From Promethearchaeota archaeon (GTDB lineage: Archaea > Asgardarchaeota > Lokiarchaeia > Sigyniarchaeales > SOKP01): a stretch of 37,224 nt of DNA. A program made the translations under genes and the position numbers. Below the pieces are notes generated by a model. That model made no database searches. It was not told the DNA's origin and saw nothing but the letters and a program-made list of their open reading frames with translations. The DNA lies in assembly GCA_019058015.1 (NCBI GenBank), contig JAHLWH010000268.1, forward strand, positions 1-37,224, written 5' to 3'. Shown piece after piece: positions 1-10,332 of the stretch. Each line of letters starts with the position of its first letter. The first letter of the stretch is position 1.

Positions 1-114
1 ATAAAAAAAAAGAAGAAAGAAGGAGAAATTAGTTTAGAAAATTACACCGAACTATATGAAAAATATAAAAAGAAAATTAATGAAATTGAAACGAAGATAA
101 AAAATTTGAAATAA
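1..114 (+). CDS. 3' end of a CDS entering the window (coiled-coil C-terminus)
   Basis: Frame 1 is open from base 1 to TAA at 112-114 and reads IKKKKKEGEISLENYTELYEKYKKKINEIETKIKNLK*; it converges on the permease gene. Confidence 0.6.
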   Translation: MKKKKKEGEISLENYTELYEKYKKKINEIETKIKNLK

Positions 115-130
115 AAAAATATAGAAATTT

Positions 131-1741
131 TTATTCAATTTTGCCTAATCTTATAATGCCAAAGAATAGTAAGGGAATAGCAGTTCCACCTCCTATAACG
201 AATAAAGGAAATGGTAAAATGAATTTTACTAATTCAAGAGGTGGATCTATTATTTCAAATATTGCTATACTAGAAAATATAGTAACGAACATTGTAACCA
301 TATTAATAATAACTAATAATCCTATATTTAATTTCATATCACCACCTTTCTCTTCGAATGCAGGATTAATACATTGTAATCCAATCGCCTGAGAGAGCGT
401 TATCATGCAATAAATTACAAAGAGGAAAAAGAAATATATCGATGTAAAGAGGTCGTATTGGTAAAAAATAGTTAAAAAGATCGTAAGTCCTATACTTATA
501 AAAATTACTAAAATCAACATCATTCGCAAATAGGAATAAACAAGAGCATGTACATTTCTAGGAGATCTTTTATACACCCATAATAAATCCTTGGAACCAA
601 CGAAAATATAATTACCAATCATTATACCAAGCATCATACCTCCTATCATGATAATTATTATCATATACATACCTATGTCCATTAAATCACTATCGCCACC
701 ACTTATAAAAAAAAAAATTACCCCCTCTGCTGCAGCAAGTCCTATTACATAAACAAGTTTCATAATACTTTCCTTCCTTCTAAAGAATTCCTTAAATTGA
801 GTAATAACCAATCCCTCCCATTTAGACTCTGTAATTTTTCTTAAAAAACCATATAGTTTATTTTCTTGTTCAATAATTGCCGAAATTCTTTCTATTCCAC
901 CTTCTAAGGTAAAAAACGCATTCGCTCTTTTAAACGATATATATAAAACCAATAATGGCACAAAAACAACTACTAATAAACTATACCATATATTTAGAAA
1001 ATAAGAACTAATTAATACTGGATCTATAATATATAAAATAATATTAGAGAACCATAAAGAAGGATAAAACATTATCCAATTTTTTAATTCAGGATTGTTC
1101 ATAAGTTGGTTGAATAGAAACATTAATGAATACATGACAATGACTATTGCTATAGAAAGCACAAACATTAAAGCTTTCCCTAAATCCCTTGCCCTCTCAC
1201 TTTTAGCAATTTTATGCTCGAGCCAAGCGGTAATAATTGACCCAAGTAAAGCGGCAAAAAATACAAGCCCAATTATACTCAAATAAATTACAATATACTG
1301 AATAATATTCAAATCAATTATTGGATTGATAAGACCCATAAGTATTGGTGTAAAAATTAAGATAAAGGCTAAATAAATTGGTAGTTTGCCTATGTATTCT
1401 CCTAAAAAAATATCACCTGCTGTGGCTGGAGAAGCTAATAATATCTCTTTATAACCTATCTCTGTCTTGCGATAAATATTTTGTAGGGGATACGTTATGA
1501 GCATTAAAAAAAACATCATCAGCAAGAATTCAATAATTAAAGCGATGGCGGGTATAATTATTTCTGCAGGAAAGGCACCAACTATAGTTGGCATAAATAG
1601 ATCGAATAGGAAAGGAGCTAAAAGAAATGTCCATATTAAAAGTAGGGAATATATTATTATAAAAAATCTTATTCGATGATTTCGCTGGCCGCTTGTCCTG
1701 CGCCTTAGTTCATTTTTCGCAATCACTTTCCATAGAGTCAT
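131..1741 (-). CDS. ABC exporter permease (multi-pass membrane protein)
   Basis: 536 aa with about 12 hydrophobic segments in two similar halves; overlaps the ABC ATPase stop by 4 nt (ATGA coupling). Confidence 0.8.
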   Translation of the reverse strand: MTLWKVIAKNELRRRTSGQRNHRIRFFIIIYSLLLIWTFLLAPFLFDLFMPTIVGAFPAEIIIPAIALIIEFLLMMFFLMLITYPLQNIYRKTEIGYKEILLASPATAGDIFLGEYIGKLPIYLAFILIFTPILMGLINPIIDLNIIQYIVIYLSIIGLVFFAALLGSIITAWLEHKIAKSERARDLGKALMFVLSIAIVIVMYSLMFLFNQLMNNPELKNWIMFYPSLWFSNIILYIIDPVLISSYFLNIWYSLLVVVFVPLLVLYISFKRANAFFTLEGGIERISAIIEQENKLYGFLRKITESKWEGLVITQFKEFFRRKESIMKLVYVIGLAAAEGVIFFFISGGDSDLMDIGMYMIIIIMIGGMMLGIMIGNYIFVGSKDLLWVYKRSPRNVHALVYSYLRMMLILVIFISIGLTIFLTIFYQYDLFTSIYFFFLFVIYCMITLSQAIGLQCINPAFEEKGGDMKLNIGLLVIINMVTMFVTIFSSIAIFEIIDPPLELVKFILPFPLFVIGGGTAIPLLFFGIIRLGKIE

Positions 1742-2580
1742 TTTTTATCTTTCCTTTTCTTCTTCTTTTTTTTACTTATTTCATTATTATTGGGCGTTTC
1801 TTCCCTCCAAGCCAATAAATCTTCAATTTTTGTCGCACCCATAATTTTTAAATAAGAATCTTCTAAATCCTCAGCATTTACAGAATTTATTATGTCTCTT
1901 GGTGTTCCTTCCACCTTTAGTACTCCTTTATCAATAATTCCAATCATGTCACATAAATCTTCAGCAGCATCAAGAAGATGTGTGCAAATAAAAATAGTCT
2001 TATCCGCTTTTTTTGCAAGATCGGATATTAGATCTTTTACCATTTTTGCTGCAACAGGGTCTAAATTTGATGTAGGCTCATCTAGAAAAATAATCTTCGG
2101 ATCTTGTATCAGGGCGGCACATAAACATACTTTTTGTTTCATACCTCGAGAATACCCCTCTAAAAGATCATTCTCTCTATCCTCTAAGTCAAATAACTCT
2201 AATAATTCATCAATACGCGATGATATTACTTCTTTAGGCAAGTAATATAACTCACCTATAAATTCTAAAAATTCAACTGCTGTTAATTTCTGATATAACC
2301 CAGGAGATTCTGGTAAAAAACCACAATTCATTTTAACCTCTTTACTTTGGGTAATTATGTCATAACCAGCAACTTGTGCGGAACCCGCAGTAGGAGATAT
2401 AATTGAATTAAGCATTCTAACAGTTGTAGTCTTGCCTGCTCCATTAGGTCCTAATATTCCATAGGTTTTACCATAGTGTATTTTTAAATTGAGATTTTTA
2501 ACTGCGATTACATTTCCAAAATCTTTAGTTAGATTTTGAGTAATTATCGCATAATCCATAGTCATCTTTATCATATCCAA
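1738..2580 (-). CDS. ABC transporter ATP-binding protein (DrrA/CcmA-like exporter)
   Basis: Walker A GPNGAGKT, signature YSRGMKQK, Walker B/D-loop IIFLDEPTSNLD, H-loop CTH; the exact start among several Met codons is uncertain. Confidence 0.95.
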   Translation of the reverse strand: MDMIKMTMDYAIITQNLTKDFGNVIAVKNLNLKIHYGKTYGILGPNGAGKTTTVRMLNSIISPTAGSAQVAGYDIITQSKEVKMNCGFLPESPGLYQKLTAVEFLEFIGELYYLPKEVISSRIDELLELFDLEDRENDLLEGYSRGMKQKVCLCAALIQDPKIIFLDEPTSNLDPVAAKMVKDLISDLAKKADKTIFICTHLLDAAEDLCDMIGIIDKGVLKVEGTPRDIINSVNAEDLEDSYLKIMGATKIEDLLAWREETPNNNEISKKKKKKRKDKK

Positions 2581-2669
2581 TTTTTTTTCAATCGTATATT
2601 TTTTTAAATTTTTTTAAATATTTTAAGTATTTATACTATTTTTTTATACATATTGATTTATTTTTATAA

Positions 2670-3080
2670 TTATTTTTTATCAAATTCGATAAGATCTTCT
2701 AATTTACACTTTAATTGTTTTGCAATTTTTTCTATAAATTCTGGTGGCTTATCTTCTTCTTTAAATTCTTCATTTTCTATTTTTTTTATTTGTTCTACTT
2801 TTACTCCAATTAAAGTTGCTAGCTGTTCTTGGGTAAGATTAAACTCTTCTCGTCTTATTTTCATTACTGACTCATATTCAAATATATCATCAATTGATTT
2901 TCCAAAATGCTTCGCTATATCATGCGCTATTTTCAGTGATGGATTGTAATCTCCCTTTTCTAAATATGAGATGGTTTGTCGAGAAACTCCTATGGCATCC
3001 GCTAATTCTTGTTGTGTCATAAAATTATTTACCTCTCTTAATTCCTTTATTTTGGATACCAATTTTCTCGCTAATCTCAC
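2670..3080 (-). CDS. Tandem XRE/Cro-family helix-turn-helix transcriptional regulator
   Basis: MTQQELADAIGVSRQTISYLEKGDYNPSLKIA plus a second HTH LTQEQLATLIGV; GTG start preceded by GGTGA RBS (3085-3089). Confidence 0.9.
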   Translation of the reverse strand: MRLARKLVSKIKELREVNNFMTQQELADAIGVSRQTISYLEKGDYNPSLKIAHDIAKHFGKSIDDIFEYESVMKIRREEFNLTQEQLATLIGVKVEQIKKIENEEFKEEDKPPEFIEKIAKQLKCKLEDLIEFDKK

Positions 3081-3137
3081 AGAATCACCTTACCTATAAG
3101 CAAATTATGATAAAATGTAAAAAAAAATATTTAATTA

Positions 3138-4001
3138 TTAAAATTTAAATAAATCCTCGATCCTAACTTTTAACTCTTTCGCAATTTTATAGGCTAATGA
3201 CAAAGAGGGTGTATATTTACCTGACTCTAATTGTTCTATAGTTACTTTCTTAACACCGACTTTCTCTGCTAAATCTAACATGGATAGATTTTGATTTTCT
3301 CTCAATTCTTTAATACTATTCTTTAGTAAATCATCCTTATCTCTCAATTTCGTTAAAACATATGATATAAAGTTGTCAAACGCCAATTCTTGTGGCTTAA
3401 AGATTTTATCTTCCAGTCCAGATGGCAAGACGTTATATTTATCCAACATTTGTTTTAACTCTTTCTCAAATGTGAAGGGATCTTTTATACCTGGTATGTA
3501 TCCCTCCGGTTTTCCATAACCTTTTGCTGCTTGGGTATAAGCGCTTCCTCCTGCAGTTTCAATTTTTACAGTATAAAGACCAAAAATTCTATCGAAAAGA
3601 CCATTTACAATATTAATATTTTGAATCCGAGAAAAAGGTATTGTTGCCCTGTTCTTAGTCCAAATTCCATGTTTAATCTCCAAATGAGAACTCATCATTC
3701 TATACGAGAAATTTTTGAGATAATATTGTATATATATATCATTCAGCACCAAGAGAATTACACTCGGAATTATTACGATGTAGAGTAATAGTTGTAGATT
3801 TAAGGATTGTAGAAAAGCTGGATCCACATATCCATATTCAGGATCTAATTGCACTAACCACAATATCAATATTGTAAGTAGCCATGAAAGGCTCAATACA
3901 ACAGTACAACCAAATATCGCCCTTATATCGGATTTTTTCCTTAAGGAATTATCGATTCTTTGCTCATTAGCTTCTTTTATTTCCATTTTTTTATTTTTCA
4001 A
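3138..4001 (-). CDS. Membrane protein with bacterial PH (bPH_2/YdbS-like) domain fused to a C-terminal XRE HTH
   Basis: Two TM segments, then IKHGIWTKNRATIPFSRIQNINIVNGLFDRIFGLYTVKIETAG (bPH_2 pattern), then LAEKVGVKKVTIEQLESGKYTPSLSLAYKIA (XRE HTH). Confidence 0.85.
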   Translation of the reverse strand: MKNKKMEIKEANEQRIDNSLRKKSDIRAIFGCTVVLSLSWLLTILILWLVQLDPEYGYVDPAFLQSLNLQLLLYIVIIPSVILLVLNDIYIQYYLKNFSYRMMSSHLEIKHGIWTKNRATIPFSRIQNINIVNGLFDRIFGLYTVKIETAGGSAYTQAAKGYGKPEGYIPGIKDPFTFEKELKQMLDKYNVLPSGLEDKIFKPQELAFDNFISYVLTKLRDKDDLLKNSIKELRENQNLSMLDLAEKVGVKKVTIEQLESGKYTPSLSLAYKIAKELKVRIEDLFKF

Positions 4002-4027
4002 CTCCTTTTTATTATTTTATTTTTTTA

Positions 4028-4077
4028 TGTAAATATTTTCAAATGCAAATATATTTAGCATGCAAATATATTTGACA
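4028..4077. promoter_or_regulatory. Tandem palindromic boxes, probable XRE operator
   Basis: TGCAAATATATTTAGCA (4044-4060) and TGCAAATATATTTGACA (4061-4077) abut and share a palindromic AAATATATTT core; a weaker copy TGTAAATATTTTCAAA lies at 4028-4043, just upstream of the PH-HTH gene. Confidence 0.65.
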
Positions 4078-4386
4078 TTTCCTTTATTTAATTATAATGA
4101 TAATTACATATTTAAAGGTTTTGATCAAATGTCTAATTGATGAAAAAAGACTTAAGAAATTCTCATTAATGAAAATAAAATTAGAACCAATTATTTTTCA
4201 ATTGGAGTTGCAATCTAATGTACAATTCTTTGAGCCTCATAAAACCATCCTGGGCTGTATCTTTAGATATTTTGTCCTTTTATTACAATTTGCATATATA
4301 GAGATTTTTCTCCTTTCAATTAATATATTCCATAAAAATTCAGAAAAAAGTAAAAAATTTATTTTTAATTAAAGAAATTAATTATT

Positions 4387-4915
4387 ATGAAATCTGATTT
4401 ACTAAAAGATAAAATTGCAATTGTAACGGGCGCTTCAGGTGGAATTGGTCGAGAAATTGTTAAATTATTTGATCAAAACGGAATTTACTTAGTTCTTACG
4501 GATATTGATGAAAAAAAGCTTAATGAAATTGGGAAAGAACTTTCTCAAGAACCCTTAACAATTCAATGTGATATAACAAAACTTGATCAAGTCAAGAACT
4601 TAATATCTCAAACTTTAGAAAAGTATGAAACAATAGATATTCTTGTAAATACAGTGGGGATCATAGTACCTGCACTTTTTGAAGATTCTACTTATGAGGA
4701 CATAGAAAAACAGATTAATGTTAATTTAATGGGTATAATACGATGTATTAAAGAAGTAATTCCAGTAATGAAAAAAGCTGAAAAGGGAAATATTGTAACA
4801 ATTTCATCTCTCGCAGGTATTGTCCCCGAAACATATAGTTCAATTTATACAGCGACAAAGTTTGCCCTTAGGGGGGTTAGGCTTTACTTTAAATCTTGAG
4901 CTTAAAAAACTGTAA
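4387..4915 (+). pseudogene. Short-chain dehydrogenase/reductase, 5' fragment (frameshifted and truncated)
   Basis: TGASGGIG and YTATK motifs. Removing one G from G6 (4871-4876) gives FALRGLGFTLNLELKKL* (stop 4913-4915); the PG/PD-loop segment is absent. Confidence 0.8.
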
Positions 4916-5878
4916 TTTATAGAAGAAGATTTAAATTATCATCAATAGAAATTAAAACTCGCTGCAGTTTTGCAAAATTAATTCCGTCGTTATAAATAAA
5001 TTATTCAATTCAATAACAAATTTTTAATATATTCAATAAAATTTATAATAACAACACATTTTCTTAGTTTATGAGTGAAATAAATGATGTTGGACTTCTA
5101 TACCAGCCAAAATTCCGTGTAATATCGACATGGTTATGGTTCATTATCGGTGGTGTTCTTGCTATTTTCATAATATCTATATTCTATGGATTTAATTTCG
5201 GATTAGCATTCAACGAAATACAAAATAATCGTTATCTTTATGTTTATATAGAATTATTTTCGGTTGGTTTACTTCCCGTCATTTATGTAATTGTTTGTAA
5301 GGATCCTCTCTCTAACTATGGGTTTAATTTGAAAAAAAGAGAATCACTTTTATCTTTTTTGCTCTCTCTTGTATATATTGGCATTTCGTATACCATTGGG
5401 TTGATAAAGAATGGAAAAGTAATGAACTTTGAAATATATGATTTTCAACTAGATTTTCCTTTAAATCTTTTTTACGGGATTTTTGGTATAATTGTATGGG
5501 GGCCTTTAGAAGTGTTTTTATTTATATACCTTGTTGTAAACACGGAACAAATTTTGAAACAAGACGATTGGAAAATATCAAAAGGATTAATAATTACAAC
5601 AATTCTATTTGGGCTTAGTCATGTGTTAACAACTAATTGGTGGAATGCTATTTACACAGGAATACTCTTTTTTATTATCGGACTCATTTATAAATTTTCA
5701 AATAACATAATAGGGCCAATGATTACCTGGACTTTAATCAATGGACAAGTTTGGTTTATCGCACAAATGCTCTTTCAATAGACATTAAAACCGTATGGAT
5801 AATGCTTTTGAGAATAACTGAAAAGAACTTCAGAAATGGACTTAGTAAATTATTATATTTACGTTTATTGTAATTTAT
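4911..5878. repeat. 10-bp direct repeat TGTAATTTAT bracketing the CPBP-like gene
   Basis: Identical copies at 4911-4920 and 5869-5878, coinciding with the two SDR breakpoints. Confidence 0.5.
5071..5781 (+). CDS. CPBP (CAAX protease/Abi)-like intramembrane protein with degenerate motifs
   Basis: Multi-TM; GPLEVFLF at the EExxxR position, LFGLSH, and IIGPMITWTLIN at the HxxxN position. Confidence 0.7.
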   Translation: MSEINDVGLLYQPKFRVISTWLWFIIGGVLAIFIISIFYGFNFGLAFNEIQNNRYLYVYIELFSVGLLPVIYVIVCKDPLSNYGFNLKKRESLLSFLLSLVYIGISYTIGLIKNGKVMNFEIYDFQLDFPLNLFYGIFGIIVWGPLEVFLFIYLVVNTEQILKQDDWKISKGLIITTILFGLSHVLTTNWWNAIYTGILFFIIGLIYKFSNNIIGPMITWTLINGQVWFIAQMLFQ

Positions 5879-5882
5879 TTCT

Positions 5883-6020
5883 ATCCTATGCCCTAGATCT
5901 GAAGGATTTCTATCTAAATTCATCATGTGTTTTCCTAAGGTAGTTCAGAAACTCTGGCCTAGATTTGAAAAGAAGGGAGAGAAGAAAAAAGAGGAATTTT
6001 TAAGAAATTTAAAAAAATAA
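5883..6020 (+). pseudogene. Probable 3' fragment of the interrupted SDR gene
   Basis: Open frame with no start near its 5' end, ILCPRSEGFLSKFIMCFPKVVQKLWPRFEKKGEKKKEEFLRNLKK*, resembling the amphipathic C-terminal tail of SDRs; same strand as the 5' fragment. Confidence 0.55.
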
Positions 6021-6038
6021 TTCTATAAAAGCTTAGAT

Positions 6039-6791
6039 TTATGGCATTTTTTTGCTTTGATCTTTTACGGCCTTAATGGCTTTCTCAATTTCTTTTGGAT
6101 CGCCAAGATAATAATGTTTGAGAGGTTTTAGATCTTTATCTAATTCATAAATTAATGGAATGCCCGTTGGAATATCCAACTTTGGGATTTCTTCATCTGA
6201 AATATTATCTAAATCCTTAACTAAACCTCGTAAGCTGTTGCCATGGGCAGAGATCAAAACTCTTTTCCCTGATTTGATTGTTGGCAAAATTACTTCTTGC
6301 CAATATGGAAGAACTCGTGCTATAGTATCTTTAAGACACTCGGTTAAGGGAATATCTTCCTCTTTTAGATGTTTATACTTTAAATCTAGGCCCGGATAAC
6401 GGGAATCTGATTTCTCCAACGCTGGAGGAGGAATATCAAAACTTCGACGCCAAATATAAACTTGTTCTTCACCCTTTTCTATGGCGGTTTCGGCTTTATC
6501 CAACCCTTGTAGAGCTCCGTAATGCCTTTCATTTAATCTCCAAGAGCGAAACACTGGAATCCACATTAAATCCATTTCTTCAAGAACGATCCATAACGTT
6601 CGAATGCCTCTTTTCAAAACTGAAGTATAAGCGAGATCAAATGTATATCCTGCATTTTTTAGGAGAAGCGCAGCTTTCTTAGATTCCTCAATCCCTTTTT
6701 GAGATAAATCAACATCTGTCCAGCCAGTAAATTTGGAAGGAATTTTATTCCACACACTCTCACCATGTCGCAATAAAACGAGTTTAAACAT
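6039..6791 (-). CDS. gpmA: 2,3-bisphosphoglycerate-dependent phosphoglycerate mutase
   Basis: [60 protein letters not shown]. Confidence 0.97.
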   Translation of the reverse strand: MFKLVLLRHGESVWNKIPSKFTGWTDVDLSQKGIEESKKAALLLKNAGYTFDLAYTSVLKRGIRTLWIVLEEMDLMWIPVFRSWRLNERHYGALQGLDKAETAIEKGEEQVYIWRRSFDIPPPALEKSDSRYPGLDLKYKHLKEEDIPLTECLKDTIARVLPYWQEVILPTIKSGKRVLISAHGNSLRGLVKDLDNISDEEIPKLDIPTGIPLIYELDKDLKPLKHYYLGDPKEIEKAIKAVKDQSKKMP

Positions 6792-6955
6792 AATTTATAA
6801 TCGACACCCTCGAAATTTTAATAATTTGATAGATTAATAATCTTCAATTAATGGTAAATACTTTATGATTCTTTTAAAATTATAACAATAGTATAAAGAA
6901 AAAAATTATTATATTTTAAAATACCTAAAATTATCCTATAATTAGTGATTCAAAT

Positions 6956-8005
6956 ATGAATACTTTAGAAAAGTTAGAAAATATCAGAAAAAAGTTAGAA
7001 TTTAGACCAAAAATTGATGATGCAAGTTTTTCTAAAATTAGATTGAAAGACTATACAATTCCTGAGGTGGATTATGACTCAATTGATTTATCAACAGAAT
7101 TTCTCGGAAAAAAACTTAAAATACCTCTTGTAATCCTCGGATGGACAGGTGGCTCTGAATATGTAAAACAAATTAATGAAATTTTAGCTGAAATAGCAGA
7201 GAGAATGGGAATTGGGTTTGGGTGTGGCTCTCAATATGCAGCAATAGAAAACCCGGGAATTCAGAGTAGTTTTACAGTAATTAAAGATTTGGCTCCAAAT
7301 GTATTAAAAATCGCTAATGTATCCGCTACACATCTGAAAAAAGAGAATTTCGGTGTAGAAGAATTAAATAAATGTATTGATATGATTGATGCAGACGCAA
7401 TTGCCTTGTATTTTGATACATTACAAGAGGTTCTCAAACCAGAAGGGGAAAAAAACTTTAAAGGGTTACTCGAGAAAATAAAAGAATCAATTCCACATGT
7501 TAAAAAGCCGATTATTGTGAAAGGATATGGAGATGGAATAACCAGAATGGATGCAATAGCTTTACATGATATTGGGATTAAATATATTGATATTAGCGGA
7601 TATGCGGGACCAAATAAATATGTAATTCAAGAATATAATTTATACAAAGATTCATATGATTTTTCCAGAAATATAGCAAAGGTTTTTCAGAAATGGGGGA
7701 CTTCTACCGTTCGTTCAATCTTAAATGTTAGTGGAATATATGACAATTCTCAGATGAAAATTATTGCATCTGGGGGTATCAGAACTGGAATAAATATTGC
7801 AAAATGTATCTGCTTAGGTGCAAATATAGCAGGTGTTGCATCACCATTTTTAAAAACTGCTGAAAAGGATATAGAAAATGGTAAAGGTTCTCTCAAATCA
7901 ATAAGATTGATTAAAACATTTTTGGAAGAATTAAAAATCGCTATGTTTGTATCTGGTTCTGAGAAAATTTCAGATCTGACCGTAGATAAAATTGAATCTT
8001 TTTAG
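6956..8005 (+). CDS. fni: Type 2 isopentenyl-diphosphate isomerase (IDI-2)-like FMN protein, divergent
   Basis: IDLSTEFLGKKL, TGG, GSQ, LQE..KPEGE..F, ASGGIRTG..K.I.LGA...PFL; several active-site residues differ from the consensus. Confidence 0.75.
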   Translation: MNTLEKLENIRKKLEFRPKIDDASFSKIRLKDYTIPEVDYDSIDLSTEFLGKKLKIPLVILGWTGGSEYVKQINEILAEIAERMGIGFGCGSQYAAIENPGIQSSFTVIKDLAPNVLKIANVSATHLKKENFGVEELNKCIDMIDADAIALYFDTLQEVLKPEGEKNFKGLLEKIKESIPHVKKPIIVKGYGDGITRMDAIALHDIGIKYIDISGYAGPNKYVIQEYNLYKDSYDFSRNIAKVFQKWGTSTVRSILNVSGIYDNSQMKIIASGGIRTGINIAKCICLGANIAGVASPFLKTAEKDIENGKGSLKSIRLIKTFLEELKIAMFVSGSEKISDLTVDKIESF

Positions 8006-8067
8006 TTAGTATCTAATTTCCAAATTTTTTATTACTAAACTATTTTTTAGGAAAAATCAAAAAACCG

Positions 8068-10103
8068 ATGAATCTAAAATTAAATAGTTTCCAGAAAAAG
8101 GCAGGAATATTCTATACTCCAGAGTACATTACTGAATTCATGGTAAAAAACGCAATTTTTGAATATATATTAACATTCTTTGAAAAAAGATATCAGACTA
8201 TTGATGAATTAATTTTATCAGACAATCTGGATGACTTAAAAAAATTAAACAACATTATTATACATTTGAAAATCTTAGACCCAGCATGTGGAGCTGGCAT
8301 ATTTTTATTAAAATCAGGACAAATCTTATTGGAATTAACAAGTAAAATTGCAAAAAGATTAAATCTTAGACAAATGATCTTCAAAAAACGAGTTGATATA
8401 ATAGAAAAAAATCTTTACGGTGTTGATATATTTGAAGAAACTATTCAAGAATGCAAATCGCAATTGAAAAAATGGTTGATTTCAAATGATCAACTTAATT
8501 TTAATAATTATGGAAATAAAGATATAAATTTTAATCTAAAGGTTGAAATAGTTTAATTGGCAACTTAAATGAAGAAATAAATGAGGGAGATGTATTCAGT
8601 AATAATTTTTCAATAGAATGGAAGTCATTCCATTGGAATAAAGAATTTCCTGAAGTAATTAAGAGCGGAGGATTTGATATCATTTTGGAAAATCCGCCCT
8701 ATATTTTTACCCGTGGAGGAAATTTTTCTCCTTTACAGAAAATCTACTTTAAAAATTTCATTTCTAAATTAGGATTAATTCAATCAAAAAAAGGAAAGCA
8801 AATTCAATCAAATAAATTAAATACATATTCTCTATTTATCCTGAGGTCTTTAGAATTATTAAAAAAAGGAGAAAAATTAGCGGTATTAGTTCCAAATAAT
8901 TTTCTGCGCAACACAAATCTCGATATTTATAGAGATTACATACTTAGTAATTATTCCATCAATCGAATTGTTGATTTATCTAATGGTGTTTTTCGAAATG
9001 TAGTTGCATCTATTATCTGCTTATTTATTGATAAAAAAAAGCCAGATGAGGAATTTAAGACGCAAATTATATCAAATATTGAAGATCTTAATGAAAACAT
9101 TTATAAAGAAAATAAAAGAGCACAATCCAGCTTTCTCAAAAATAAGAGCTATGTAATTAATATATATCTTGATGAAACAGCTCGTAAAATTTGTAAAGAA
9201 ATTGTAAAAAATTCAACAAATTTAGGAGAAATCACTGAATATATTATTGAAGGAATTATTCGCTCAAAGAAGAGAGATGTCTATGAAACTCGACTGAAGT
9301 CTATAGATATGCCCTTTATAGAAGGAAAGAACATTGATAGGTATATTACTAAATGGTCTGGTAAATTTATTAGATATGATAGAGAAAATTTACATAGGGC
9401 AAGGTCTAATGAAGTATTTACCAGTAATAAATTAATAGGACAAAGGATAAGTGGAGGAGCTAAACCATTAAAAGCAAATTATGACTCCGGGATCTTTTAT
9501 ACATTTTCTTCAATAAACAATATAATCATAAAAGAAAATTTTCGAAAGAAATTCCCCTTAAAGCTTATTTTATTAATTTTAAACTCTAATTTAATGAACT
9601 GGTATTATTCAATAAATTTCACAAATAAATCGAAACTTACAGTAAATATTTCAAAAAATTTTTTGGAAGAAATCCCCATTGTTGAACCTAAAGACAAATC
9701 TCTTTTTGAAATAATGGCAGAGTATTTGATATTTTTATTTCACTATTATAATATTGAAAATGAAAAGTTAATTTTCAACAATGAAATGATCCAATTCTTT
9801 TACGTATTAAGCAATGGAATAATCTATGAATTATATCTAAAAGAAAAAATTAAATCAAATTTAATAAACAATTTAGAAAACAAATTAACACCAATCAAAT
9901 TTGAATATTGGATTAATGGAAAATTTAGAAAGCTTATTTTTAAGGAAGATATATTTCATTTTGAAATAATTGAAAAGGAAAATCTTGAAAAAATAAAAAG
10001 GATTTATAATAAATTGGTTAAAGATAACACAATTCAGACTAATTTTAATGACGTCTATAAAAACAAATTGATAAAATTTATAGAGAAAGATGTTAAAAAG
10101 TGA
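8068..10103 (+). CDS. N6-adenine DNA methyltransferase (Eco57I/TaqI-like with C-terminal target recognition domain), split by a 1-nt frameshift near 8545
   Basis: GIFYTP and ILDPACGAGIFL in ORF1, NPPY in ORF2. Adding one G gives NLKVGNSLIG...FHWNKEFPEV..GGFDIILENPPY with no stop (678 aa). Confidence 0.88.
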
Positions 10104-10332
10104 ATAATATAATAATAGTAAAATTTTACTTTTTTAATCTCTTTTTAATAAATAGTATGACTACTACTATTTTCGATTTTTAAATATAATAGAGATAAAA
10201 ATTTCTAAGTTTTAGTAATTTTGTCGGAAATACTTCCTTCGAAATCGAGATTAGAGTTAAGGTTATTAATTCGCAAAATATTAAATATTAGAATATATTC
10301 TTAATAAAATTAAATATTAAAGATCACAATAA

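Noticed and set aside
1738-1780. Polybasic KKKKKKRKDKK tail on the ABC ATPase (NLS-like)
   Set aside because: Lys-rich tails are expected from A-rich sequence bias.
4097-4372. 91-aa + strand ORF
   Set aside because: No recognisable motif or RBS; likely a chance ORF in AT-rich intergenic DNA, although a decayed gene remnant cannot be excluded.
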